NCBI GenBank assembly: GCA_023213395.1
Contig: CM041465.1
Coordinates: forward strand, 88,915,741 to 88,979,740
Direction of reading: 5' to 3'
DNA from: Cycas panzhihuaensis
Lineage: Eukaryota; Plantae; Cycadophyta
DNA: 64,000 bases
Position 1 is the first letter of the stretch. Each line of letters begins with the position of its first letter. Of this stretch, positions 11,353 through 24,146 are shown piece by piece. The notes under the pieces were generated by a model that had not been told where the DNA came from, made no database searches, and was given only the letters and a program-made list of their open reading frames with translations. The position numbers and the translations under genes were made by a program.

Positions 11353-14300
11353 AATGGACCATTTGATGCCCAAAGTTATCTTTAATGGCAACAACTTTGG
11401 CGAGTGGAAGGCTAACATGGAGTTAATATTGATGGTGAATCAACTCTGGGTAATAACTAAGGTGAAAGTGGATGCAATTCTGCTCGATCATAAGGAATGT
11501 ATTCGACTTCACGAGAAGTAGTTCATGGCAATCGAATTGTTGAAACTATCACTGGCACCAGACTAGAGGGCGTTGGTTCATAACCTTGATCAACCAAACG
11601 AAATTTGGGCAAAGTAGTGTGAAAATTTTGAGAAGAAGAAGACGAATAGATGTCTAGCTTTGATGGTGAAACTTATCAATTCTACAATGGAAGATGAGAC
11701 CAACATAAGTGCCTACCTAAATAAAGTCACCGACTTAAAAAACAAGCTAGAAGAGTTGAAATTAAATTCAATTGATGATGCACTATTGTTTACGATAATT
11801 ATGTCAAAACTACCAATAGCATTTGCCACTTTTCAGACCATCTATGGCAGAGATGAGGTGATGGAGGGTGAAATATTTGATGGTATAAAGAATCTTATTC
11901 TAGCTAAAGATGCCAAATTAAAACATCATGGGATGCTTGGAGGTTCTAAATCAAGTCAAGCCTTAGTCATGAAGATGTAGAGGAGAGAGATTGTTCAGGA
12001 GGAAAAGTTCACACAAAGGTTAGGGGAAGAGTCTCAAGAGAAGAAGAAATTCACCGGTAAATGTAACTACTATAAGAAGGAAGGCCACAGAGAAAAGAAT
12101 TGTTGGTTCAAAAGACAGGACAAACACAAATCTAACCAAGATGATAAAGGGAAGAGCGTAACAGCACACTATGTCAGAGTGTGAGCCTTGCCAGTCGAGC
12201 CAAATCAGAGAGACTACTGGATATTGGACTCTAGAGTGCAGAAGCACATTTGTTTCCAGAAGTAAAACTTTGATGCGTGGAGTGCAAATCATAGTAGTGC
12301 TAAGATTATCCTTGGAGACGCTCGCATATTACTGGTTGAAGGTGTTGGCAATGCATCCTTGGTAGGTACTAAATTTAAAGGGGTCTATTATATACCCAAG
12401 ATGCAAATGAATTTACTTTCAACCTGAGAAATCTACAAACGAGGAATGAAGGTCAATGTTTGATTAAGGATCCTCAATAGAATTTCTCTATCATTGCTAC
12501 TGGGAAAGTTAGAGGCAATTTTTGGGTGTCCGAAAATTTTTAATCCCAAAATAAGTCTTATGCTTTTGTTGTCAACACAGATGATGTAAGTTGTGGCATG
12601 ATCGCCTGGGTCACCTTAATTACAGAAGCATTGCCTTTGTTGAAAAGGTTGAGACTGGTGGAAGGATTACCATTTGTTTCATGTTTAGACGATATGTGTG
12701 AAGGGTGTATGTATGGGAAGCATCATCACTATCCTTTTATTCGAGACAATGCCTAGAGAGCCAAGGAAAAGCTTGAACTCGTGCATACAGACATGATAAG
12801 GCCACTCTCAAACCCTTATATCAGGAGCTTGATATATTTTGGTGTTTGTAGATAACTACACCTAGAAGCCCTGGGTGTTTTTCCTAAAAAGCAAGTCAAA
12901 GGTGTTTGACCGCTTACGTAATTGGAAAGCGAGTGTTAAAAACAAATGTGATAAAAAGATTAAAATATTCAGGAGTGATAATAGCAAGGAATACAACAAT
13001 CGTGCATTTAATAAGTTATGCTAGGATCATGGTATAAAATGAGAGTTTATGGTCCCGTATACCCCACAACAAAGTGGTGTTGCAGAGAGAAAAAACCATA
13101 CCATGATGGAGATGGCAAGGTGTATGGTGCATTCGAAAAACTTGTCACCAATGTTTTGGGCAAAAGTTGTTGCGATTGTTGGTTATATTCTAGACAGGGT
13201 ACCTACTCAAGCAGTTCAAAGCACGACACCCAAGGAAAAATGGACCGGTCGCAAACCAACCATTGGTCATTTTAAAACATTTGGGTGCACAGGATATGCA
13301 CACATCTCAGACGAAGGTCATAAAAAGCTGGATCGCAAGAGTTTGAAGTGCATATTTGTGGGGTATTCTGATTAGAACAAAGCTTACAGACTGTGGGATC
13401 CACAAGAGAGAAAGATTGTGATTATTCAAGATGTTAAATTTGATGAGTCATCAACATATCATGCTAAGAAGTCATCAGACGAGCCTTTTTACCCCCCACT
13501 ACTTCCATTTCCAACTTCAACAACTGAAGAGGACAATGAGCCAGTTGCTCGAATTCAAGAGGAAGTTGGACCGAGTGGAGAGAGTAAGAGTGAGGTGTCA
13601 TCATGTGAAGAAGTACCCACAGCACCAAGTCCTTCTATACCATTATGGGCAAGGAAGACGATAGAGGATTCTGGAGTGGCGATGCAGAACCTTGTTGATG
13701 ACAAAAGAACAAGAAGCCAGCATGCTAGTTGGACTCTTCTAGTAAACACCAACGACTAGTGATCCTATTTCGTATGACAAAGTGAAGGATGATCCATGAT
13801 GGAGAGTTGCGATGAAGGAGGAGTATGGCTCAATTATGAAGAATGCCATATGGGATTTGGTTCCCTTACCTCCAAAGAAGAATCTAATTAGATGTAAGTG
13901 GGTCTACAAAACAAAGTTCTGCTCCGATGGAGAGGTGGACAAGTATAAGACCAAGCTTGTTGCTCAAGGGTTTAAACAAAAGGAAAAAATTGATTATGAG
14001 GAGACATTTGCACCAGTCTCAAAGATAACCCTAGTCTATTTGATCATTTCCTTAGAAGTTGCATATGGTTGGGAGTTACACCAGATGGACGTTAAGTCTG
14101 CATTTCTTAATGGAGACCTAAAGGAGGAGATTTATATGTTGAAACCTCAGGGATTCATTAAGAAAGGCCAAGAGCATCTTGTGTGCCATTTGAAGAAATC
14201 ATTCTATGGCCTGAAACAAACACCCTGTGCTTGGTATGATAAGATTGATGCCAAATTGAAGAAAGAGGGATTTGTTGCTACAGATCTGGAGTTGAATCTA

Positions 14301-15228
14301 TATGTGAAAAGGAGTAGGACTTCAATAGTAATTATTGTGTTATATGTGGATGATCTAATCATCAGAGACAACTGTAATAAGACTATTGTTCGAGTCAAGT
14401 CCAATTTGGGAGCTACCTTTAATATGACAAACCTCGGGTCTCTACACTACTTCTTAGGCATTGAAGTCAAACATACAGAAGATCGAATCATGATGTTGCA
14501 GACTCAGTATGTGAAGAACCTATTAGAGAAGTTCAAGATGCAAGATTGCAAGCCAGTTGCAACACCATGTGTTAAAGGCATAAAGCTGCAAAAAGACATG
14601 GCCAAACCCTTTGTAGATGGAACATTGCACTGTTAGTTGGTAGGGAATCTAATCTATTTGACTCATACAAACCAAATAGTGCCTATGTTGTTGGATTGGT
14701 CTCTCGATATATGCAAAATCCTCAGGAACCACAATGGATTGCAACGAAGTGGATTCTGAAGTACTTGAAAGGGACACTTAATCTTTGTCTCGAATACCTT
14801 CACAGTGAAGAGATAAAGTTGTATGGCTACACTGATATTACTTGGGGAGGAGAATCTGATGATCGGTAATCCTCTGTTAGATACATCTTTGGTGTCGGTA
14901 ATGGATTTGTTTCATGGCAATCGAAGTTCTTAGAGTATCAAATGGCAACCCGATTATTTTTGTTGATAATTAAAGTACTATTCGCTTGTCAAAGAATCTA
15001 GAGTTTCATGCACATACGAAACACATTGAGATAAAGCACCACTACATCCATGAACAGATGAAGTCAGGAAAGCTACAAGTCGACTATTGTCTGAGTGAAT
15101 ATCAACTTGCAGAAATCTTCACTAAAGTTCTTACTGAAGATCAATTCACAAAGATGTGTACCAGATTGGGACTCACAGAAGTTATCCTTGAGGGGGGATG
15201 TATCAACAAGGATAAAGAAGTAAGATAG
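11353..15228 (+). pseudogene. copia gag-pol of C, disrupted
   Basis: NGNNFGEWK gag; CNYYKKEGHREKNC knuckle; YWILDS protease; PYTPQQSGVAERKN integrase; HQMDVKSAFLNG and LYVDDL RT (13812-14636); HTKHIEIKHHYI RNase H. Confidence 0.95.
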
Positions 15229-15287
15229 TCCAAGCCTTCGTGATAACTAAACTGCTATAAGTTCACCACATTCACATTAAGGGGGGA

Positions 15288-15632
15288 TGTTAGCATGGTA
15301 GTTAATTATTAAGCCACTTGTTAATGTTAATGTGGGGGTTTAATTGATGTGATTAACAAAAAAGTGCAAATTATGTGAAGAGTCACAACCTTTAATGGTT
15401 AACACCTCTTGAGGGATTATAAATATCCAGCAGTCCCTTGTATATTCACTTCAATCAAATGGTAATCAATGTGATCGATGGATCTTTGTGGTGGGTTTTT
15501 TTCCAAAAGGGTTTTCCATGTATATCCTATGTATTGTGCAATTGTTTTCTATGTTTATCTTGTTTGCTTGTTATGTATGGTAAAAGATCATGGGAATGTA
15601 AACATGTATGTGTTCATTCATGTTTCTTAACA
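15288..15632 (+). repeat. 3' LTR of C
   Basis: Follows the PPT; followed by TSD AAAGA. Confidence 0.95.
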
Positions 15633-16224
15633 AAAGATGTGATGAAACCGTTGACACTGACCTATCATTCTGATCCTTGACGACTGACAAATTGGGCAAA
15701 GTTGAAACAACTCTATTTCTCAAACAAAGCAATTTCTGTGAAGAAAACTATCGTCGTTCACGCTAATTTTTAAAATATTCCATTGAGAATATTCGTTGCA
15801 AAATTTCAGATAAAATTTATTTAATATTTTATAAAGTTTAAGTGAAATTAAACTCATTTGGAGTCCAATGCAAAGCCCCCTACCTGCCAACCCCTGGTCA
15901 CATGGTGTTTTAGGAGCCAAAGCCATTTATGGACCATCCAGAGTTAGTTTCCAAAAAGTGAATATACCACATACACTGTTTTTCAAATCTACAATCTGGC
16001 AGTAGTCATATATAGCAATTTAAAACAATTTTTTGGTGAAAAATCTTTCTTTTTATATTTTTTTGGCATATTCTGGCTACCTAAAAGTAGACCAAGGCAG
16101 CAAAATTGATCATTTCAACTACCTGCGTATAGATTGGCATCATTTACAGCTTTATTTCTTCATTTATGTGTTTATTTAGTTGTTTTTAATCATTTTTATC
16201 TTTTTTTGCTTTTTTTGCTTGAAA

Positions 16225-16954
16225 ATGGCTTCTAGAGGAAGCATAATGGGAACTGTCACAAAAAAGCTCACTGTTCTTAAAAATTACACAATCTGAAAAC
16301 ACAAGATGCACAGTTTCTTTCATCTAAATGATTTGCGAAAGTATGTCGACAATTTTGTAATGGGAAAGGACCCAACTAGATCATTGATTTCCAAAACAGA
16401 CTAAAGACAGATGTTGACTTCAACATTGAGTATCCATTAAAGATGAGGATTACATTTGGATTTCTCAACCTATCAATCAATGGCAACATCATTTTGAACA
16501 TCATGGACACTACTACACCAAAGCAAATATGGGACAGTCATGAACTTATTCGAGCACAATGACGATGTGAAAGCCCTCAACCTACAAAGTCAATTGTACA
16601 CATTGGAGATGACAGGAACCATAGTGGATCTCATGAGGAATGTTAGATCAATTGTTAACATTGGGGAGATCATTCTAGATTCAGAAGTTATAGCTTGTGT
16701 GTTGAGGAGTCTACCACTCCCATACAAGAACTTCACAACCACATTGACATTATCAAACAAATTATCCACTCTAATGATTGGGTCTTTGGAATCACTGCTT
16801 ATGGAACATGAGCAGAAACTGAAACACATGCACGACAAATCTTCTAAAGCACTAGCATCAAAGTTGACAATAAAAGTTGCTTATGTGAACCTTGCATTTT
16901 TAGCAAGCAGCACAGAGAACTGTTTCTGAAGAAGAAAGTGTGGAGAGCAAAGGA
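16225..16954 (+). pseudogene. gag of B fused by deletion to the GAG-pre-integrase region
   Basis: UBN2-like gag (ORF 16540-16929) jumps at ~16880 to LCEPCIL..QHRELF.KKVWRAK; knuckle and protease are missing. Confidence 0.8.
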
Positions 16955-17496
16955 TGATAGAAGAATTAATGTTGAATTCATTAATTCACTTGAGTCTTTT
17001 GTAAATGTATTGTACATTTGCAATATTAAAGTTAGTGATATAAGAATTAATGTTGAATTCATTAATTCGCTTGAATCTTTTGTAAATGTATTATACATTT
17101 GTAATATTAAAGTTATGTTAGTAAAGTTAGTGCATTGTAAGTATTATATTGTCATGTTAGTGGTTGGTTACAACTTGAGGTTGTGAGCCCAATGTTAGTG
17201 GGGTCATATTTGCTCACACCTCATTGTAATGCACACGTATGTTGATCATACAAGGTGCTAAATGTCACCCTACATGATCAACCTTTCACCTTCCCTCATG
17301 CCTCTCTCATAATTATTCACGTTTGCATATATGAGGCAATAACTCAATGTAATATGAACGAGTTATGAATGAATGTTGATCTTGTTTTTAGAGAATTAAT
17401 GAATTTAACCTCCTCACATTTGTTGTCTTGTTTTCATGCATACTTTGTGTGATTAGATCCTGGGTGGAAGTTGGCTCCAACTGCCACTTCCCTTCA
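16955..17496 (+). repeat. 5' LTR of D with tandem duplication of its first 81 bp
   Basis: The unit starts at 16955 and again at 17036; 17036-17496 aligns with 23687-24146. Confidence 0.93.
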
Positions 17497-19393
17497 CTGG
17501 GTATCAGAGTTGAACTCTTGTTCAAGAGATGATATCTCTACAAGCTTCCCAGTAGAACTTGTTTCCTACTTAGGATATATGTTTGTTGTGAGTTTTGCTC
17601 CAGAGATTAATTGCTGCTTAGGAGACAATGCCACAACTGCCAGCTTTGCAACTAATCCCGATTCCTGCTTAGAAGATGATACTAAAAGTGCCAACTTCAT
17701 TCCAGGATTTGATTCCTTCTTAGGAAATGCTACTGATGCTAGCTTGTGTGATGTTGCCGCTACAAGGGTTGCACCAGAACTTTTCCTACTCAACGACACC
17801 ATGGTCAAGACACACAAACTCTATGAAGCAATAGCCAAAATCATTGTTATATCTAACAACAAGGATTGACAACAGTTTGCGCTTAAATAAACATGAAACT
17901 AACTGAAAAGACAATCAGGAGAGAGTATCATAGTCCAAGCTTTAGACGAAAATATATCTGGAAAGGGCCATAATATCATATGAAGACAGAATTTCCACTC
18001 TATCGAGACGGATTACTAAAGAGGTCAAAATCTCCAACGAAAATCTATCATTGCAAGAACCTCTTACATTAAACAATGAGGAATTGTCATATTAAATTTG
18101 TTTGGCAAAGGCAACAAGGATAATATCTATTGTTATTTTAACGAAACTAAAATTTTCAAGGCATCGACCAACCGCTTGTGAAAATTCCTTACGGATCTGA
18201 GATAAATGAATTAAGTCACGAGATGAAATTCCAACTCCAGAGGAAAAGATAGTAAATAAAATCACAAAGCATTTGTACGTATTCATTTTCCAAAGGCAGT
18301 GACCACAACTATCACCAAACTACTTATGAAAAGTCCAGCCCATAAATGAACTCTGAAGCCATGTGTTGTAATTATAGTCTAGAGTGTGATGTAGTGAATC
18401 TTAACACTAGTAAAGGAGCTTGATTTCGAGTATTGATTGATGAATTTGAGTTGCAGAGGCATATGAATTCGGGTGACCTTCCTCAGTTTCATTTGCTTGC
18501 CATTCTCTATGCAAGCGACGAAATCTGTTAGTGTTACCATTCATTGCAATCCTCATAGTGTCCAACCCTCAAATACAGTGTCTAATTATGATTCCATAGC
18601 TTCGTTGAAAAGAAATCATCCTCTATATCCTCAATTAATCCCTCTATTTTTTTTTAAACAGCTATTTTATATTTTTTTATAGTTTTTAAACCATAGTTTA
18701 TATAATTTAGAATATTCATAGAATATTTCCCTTTTAATTTTTGTCTCCATCTTAAAGTTTTATTTTTTTTATCTTTTTTAATCATTTTTAGCCCTTGTTT
18801 CAATCTATTTCAGGCTATTTTTCAATTTTTTGATATATTTCTACTTTAAAACACAAAAAAAATAATAAATTTTAATCATAAAATCTTTAAAAAAAACTTG
18901 AAAGATTAAATCCTAAGTGAACCACCCTCATTACCAATCCTGTAAGGGGAACAGTTAGGACCCTTGAAGGTACCACTCCTGCACATGCTATTGTACTTTC
19001 TCAAACTCTACAGACTATAGAGGAAGGCAATAACTATCAAGTGTATTGAGTGGCAAACCAAGGTGTATACCTGAAAACCTTGCAGTTTGGAAACTAGGCT
19101 AGACCTGGAGAGGGTGACTGCCTCGGTTGTAATTGTGCCCTTAGACAAGGATCTGTTGTTCAGGCCATAAATCTAATGCATATGGGTCAATAGTGTCAGG
19201 GAGGCAACAGAACCTTCGGTAGCGCCCACATACCTTTAGATATATAGGGTTCCCAAGCTACCACTTGTGAGTAGGTACACCATCAAATTGAATCGTTTCA
19301 ACTACCAAGGGTTGTTAGGCAAGGAAACATTGAGACTATAGCCACTAGATTAGCAAACCTTTCTAGGTAGACAGGACACATACCTGAGACAAA

Positions 19394-22300
19394 ATGACAC
19401 TTCAAATGGTTGCAACAAACACAATTAAATTATCAGGTAGTGACAATTTCTTAGCTTGGAAGAAACAAATCAAGAACATTCTGATAATAAACAAACTCTA
19501 GGTTTATGTACCTGGTAAAATTCCCATGCCTAAAGGCACCCAAGATCCCTATGATCTTGATGTTGTCATTCCTGTTGATCCTAATGCTTTAACCTCCTTT
19601 AAAGAATCTGATGAAGTTGCCTTTTATTTACTACACCTGTCTTGTGAAGATAATGTTGACCAAAATATTGAACTTGCCTCCACTTCTGCTGAAGCTTGAG
19701 ACATAATCAATGCATTGTACGAAAGGAAGGACAATGCAAGAGTTGTCATGCTCAAAGCTCAACTCTACTCCGTACCATTTGTAGGATCAATTACAACTCA
19801 CCTGACACAAATCAAATCAATCAAGAACCAATTGAGCGTTATGGGACAACCACCTAATAATAGTGATCTGATATCTTGTATAGTCAATGTATTGCCAACT
19901 GGATACAATTCCCTTACATCCAACCTATCTCATGTTGATTGTCTTGCCACACTAGACTTCAACACCTTTGAAGGCCTTCTACTTCAAGAGGGATGCATTC
20001 TGAACAGATTGGGAGATTCAGATACCTCCTCCTCTACTCCAACCTTTGCACATGTCATAGAGGGAGACAACAACATCCATATCTTAATCAATAGTTCGGC
20101 CCAATGAATTTGTACCAACATCCATATCAGCAGCATCAAATATGACTTGAATATCTTACTCAAGTTGTTTGTCACTACTTTGGCAAACCTAGTCATATTG
20201 CACCTAATTATAGGAAGAAGAAAGTCGATCTACAATAGCAACAACACCAAAATTGGCCTACCACACAAGGCAATCAGAATCATGGACATGGTAATTATCA
20301 AGGACCAAGAAGACAAAATCAAAACGACTATCAAGGACCAAGGAGACAGAACCAAAATGCCCCTTAGGACAATCAACAAAATAGAAATCTCAACCAGAGA
20401 TGAAATCAGAATCAAGGTGGCCACATGGCCGATTCACAGAACTTATTCTTTGCTGCATCAACTCCACATCATTTTGATAAATCCTAGTTGATAGATTCTT
20501 GAGCCCCTCGTCACACAACAAGTTCCAAAGACTTATTTACAGATACAAGGCCAATACAGGACCAATCGGTTACATTTAATGATGATGTTTTTTAAGTTGC
20601 CAAGATCAGTAATGCTCCCATATCTCTAAAGAATTCTAATATTAGACATCATCTTAACAATGTCTTCTATGTCCCTGGCATGACATGCAATCTATTATCA
20701 GTTAGCCACATAAATAAACAAAATTTTGATGTTTTGTTTAGTCACCTTTGGAAATGTTTGATTACAAATTTGAATGGCAATTTGATTGCCTTTGGATATA
20801 AAGACCAAGGTTCGTATAAGCTTGATGCAATCTCAAGACCAATGTTCCTGCAAAATGATACTGGCTCTTGTAGCAACACAACTTCCACTTCAAATAACAA
20901 TGAACAATCTACTTCAAAGGCACTTGTTTCTCAGAGACTTCCAAAAGACCAATTGTAACATCAACGCCTTCGTCATTTGAATATGAACAACCTTCATCTG
21001 TTTTCCAAATTGAATATGGTGCATGGAATACCAAATATTAAGTAGACCAAATGTATTTGTAATGCTTGTGTCATGGGAAAACATCATCGAGCTCCATTCA
21101 GGTCAAATGGAAGAGCCTTGCATGCTAAAGAACCATTGGGCCTTGTTAACTCCGACATCTGTGGACCCATGTCTCAAGCATCCTTCAATGGTTGTCAATA
21201 TTTTATTACATTTATTGATGATTATCCCCAAAAAGTTTGGGTTTATTTCTTGAAGTAGAAATCGAAAGCATTTGAAAAAATCAGAAATTTTAAGTATGGC
21301 ATTAAGTTGGAATTTGGAAAGCTAATCAAAATACTTCGTTGCGAGAATGAAGGTGAACACAGTTCTAGAGAATTCATCCAGTTTTGCAAGGATAATGGAA
21401 TCAAACGACAATTCTCTGCCCCTTACACACCTCAACAAAATGGAATTGCTGAGCATACGAATTGGACCTTGGTTAGCAAAGGTACAGCCATGCTTGTCGT
21501 GAAAATTTTGGGACTTCAATTATGGGTTGAAACCCTTAACACAGCTGCTTATCTCATAAATCGAAATCCAACCAAGGTTGTTTTGAATATTAAACTTGAG
21601 GAGGCTTAGTCAAGTCAAAAACCCACAGTCTCACATTTGCGCACCTTCGGTTGTATAGCATATATACTTATACCGAAAGAACAAAGAAAGAAGTTGGATG
21701 ACAAAAGCAAGAAATGTATTTTCATTGGTCACCAGCCTAGTTGCAAAGCTTGTATCCTACTACTAAGCAAATGTATACTTCTCGAGATGTTATTTTTTTA
21801 GAAGAGAACTAGGACTTAGACATGACTCGACTTTCATTTTTTTATGAACAACTTGTAGTAACACCTGTTCCACCTCCTACACAGAATGTTCCTACAATTC
21901 AATTGTCTCCATCAATGTCATATACACTCGGTACTTCGTCTGCACCCCTTGCCTCTATTTCAACATCCACATCAACAATTCCTTCGAAAGATGTTCAAGA
22001 AGAGGTCACTTTAAAGCAGCTCCCTAAACAGTACTTATAGACAACTCTTCTCCTCCATCACCTCCACAACAAACTAAGAGGCAATCCAAATACAATTCAT
22101 CCACAAACTTTGCCTTAATGGCAGAAGTGTTATCAGCTCCTAAATCTACAACTTTTGAAGAAGTTGTTGTAGATCAAAAGTGGCAAGCAGTCGTGAATAA
22201 GAAGATGGATGCGATTTTGCAAAATGACACTTGGAAGTTAGTTGAACTGCCTGATGGAAAGAAACCAATTGATTGTCGATGGATTTGCAAAACAAAATTC

Positions 22301-23689
22301 AATGCAGATGGCTCCATTCAACACCACAAAGCGCTATTGGTTGCCAAAGGTTCCAAATAGATTGAGGGCATCGATTATGAGGACACATTTGCCCCTTGCT
22401 ACCAACATGACCACTGTGAGGCTTGTCTTGGCTTTAGCAGTTCAATTTAATTGGCCTATTTTCCAAATGGATGTGAAAAACGCCTTCTTAAATGGTGACT
22501 TACGGAAGAAGTGCACCTAAATCAACTTCTCGGCTATGTTGTTTGTGCAAAAGAACATCTAGTTTGCAAATTGAAGAAGACTCTTTACGGCCTTAAGCAA
22601 TCACTTCGTGCTTGGTATGCGAAGATAGATGAATACTTTCAAAAGCATGGACTTGTACACTTATCCTTGGATCCAAATTTGTACATCTGAATCCAAGATA
22701 ATTTGATCACTCTAGTTGTATTTTATGTTGATGATTTGTTGATAATAGGAAACGACACAAAGTGGATTTCATGCCTCCAAGGAGAAATGAATAGCAACTT
22801 TGAGATGATTGACCTTGAGTTACTTCATTACTTTTTTGGCATAGAAGTTTGGCAGCAACCAGGCCACATCTTCCTTTCATAGTCTAAATATGCAAGGGAG
22901 ATCCTTCAGAAGTTCAAAATGGAGGAATGTAAGCCATCGCCAACACCTATGGAGACTAGACTTAAGTTGGATATTGATGAGTGTTGTAAACCTGTTAGTC
23001 CCACTTTGTATAGGCAGCTTGTGGGAAAATTAATTTACCTCACACATACTCGACCAAATATTTCATATGCTATTGGGATTTTCTCTAGGTTTATGACTCA
23101 GCCCAAGATTTCACACTTGAAAGTAGCTATCAGGACCCTGAGATATCTTCAGGGTTCAATTCAATTTGGACTTGATTACTACCAAGTGGACAATCATTAG
23201 TTGGCAGGTTACACAGATGTTAATTATGTTGGTTGCAAGGATAGTCGTGGATCGACCTCAGGCTACTACTTTAACCTGGATTCAGCCTTTGTTTCTTGGA
23301 GTTATAAAAAGCAGTCAAATGTTACTTTATCCTCCACCAAAGCAGTGTACAAAGCTGTAGTTAGCGCAACTACAGAGGCTATCTGGCTTAGAAGGATTCT
23401 TGAAGAGCTTAGTAATGATCAGACACAAGCTACTACTCTCTTCTATGACAATTAGAGTGTTTTCAAATTGACCAAGAATCCTATGTTCCATGCGAAAACA
23501 AAGCATATTGAGGTTCACCATCACTTCATCAGGAAGCATGTTCAGGATGGTGAAATTTATTTGGTTTATAAGTTGACTGACGAACAAATTGTTGATATCT
23601 TCACCAAAGCACTTTATTGTGACAAATTCGAATGGTTTCAACATTGCCTTGATATCAGAATTAATGAACTCATCATTAAGGGAGGGTGA
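19394..23689 (+). pseudogene. copia gag-pol of D, disrupted
   Basis: KLSGSDNFLAWKKQI gag; SDICGPM...FIDD and PYTPQQNG integrase; FQMDVKNAFLNG and FYVDDL RT; AGYTD...HAKTKHIEVHHHFI RNase H. Confidence 0.95.
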
Positions 23690-24146
23690 TAGAAGAATTA
23701 ATGTTGAATTCATTAACTCACTTTAATCTTTTGTAAATGTATTGTACATTTGTAATATTAAAGTTATGTTAGTAAAATTAGTGCATTATAAGTATTATCT
23801 TGTCATGTTAGTGGTTAGTTACAACTTGAGGTTGTGATTCTAATGTTAGTGGCATCATATTTGCTTACACCTCATTGTAATGCACATGTATGTTGATCAT
23901 ACAAGGTACCAAATGTCACCTTGCATGATCAACCTTTCACCTTCCCTCATGCCTCTCTCATAACTATTCATGTTTGTATATACGAGACAATAACTCCATG
24001 TAATATGAATGATTTATGAATGAATGTTGATGTTGTTTTTAGAGGATTAATGAATTTAACCTCTTCACATTTGTTGTCTTGTTTTCGTGCATACTTTGTG
24101 TGATTGGATCCTGGGTAGAAGCTAGCTCGAACTGCCACTTCCTTCA
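23687..24146 (+). repeat. 3' LTR of D
   Basis: Follows the PPT; followed by TSD AAGGA. Confidence 0.95.

Larger units (their letters stand above)
9705..15632 (+). mobile_element. Ty1/copia element C, full structure, degenerate
   Basis: LTRs 9705-10046 and 15288-15632 (TGTTAG...TTAACA), TSD AAAGA (9700-9704 / 15633-15637), PBS CGGTATCAGAG at 10047, PPT AAGGGGGGA at 15279-15287. Domain order gag-PR-INT-RT-RH. Confidence 0.96.
16955..24146 (+). mobile_element. Ty1/copia element D, full structure, degenerate
   Basis: LTRs 16955/17036-17496 and 23687-24146 (TGATAG...CCTTCA), TSD AAGGA (16950-16954 / 24147-24151), PBS TGGGTATCAGAG at ~17498, PPT AAGGGAGGG at 23678-23686. Confidence 0.96.

Noticed and set aside
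13812-14636. long ORFs (274 aa here; 300 aa at 53481-54383) as functional genes
   Set aside because: They are fragments of copia pol flanked by stops and frameshifts.
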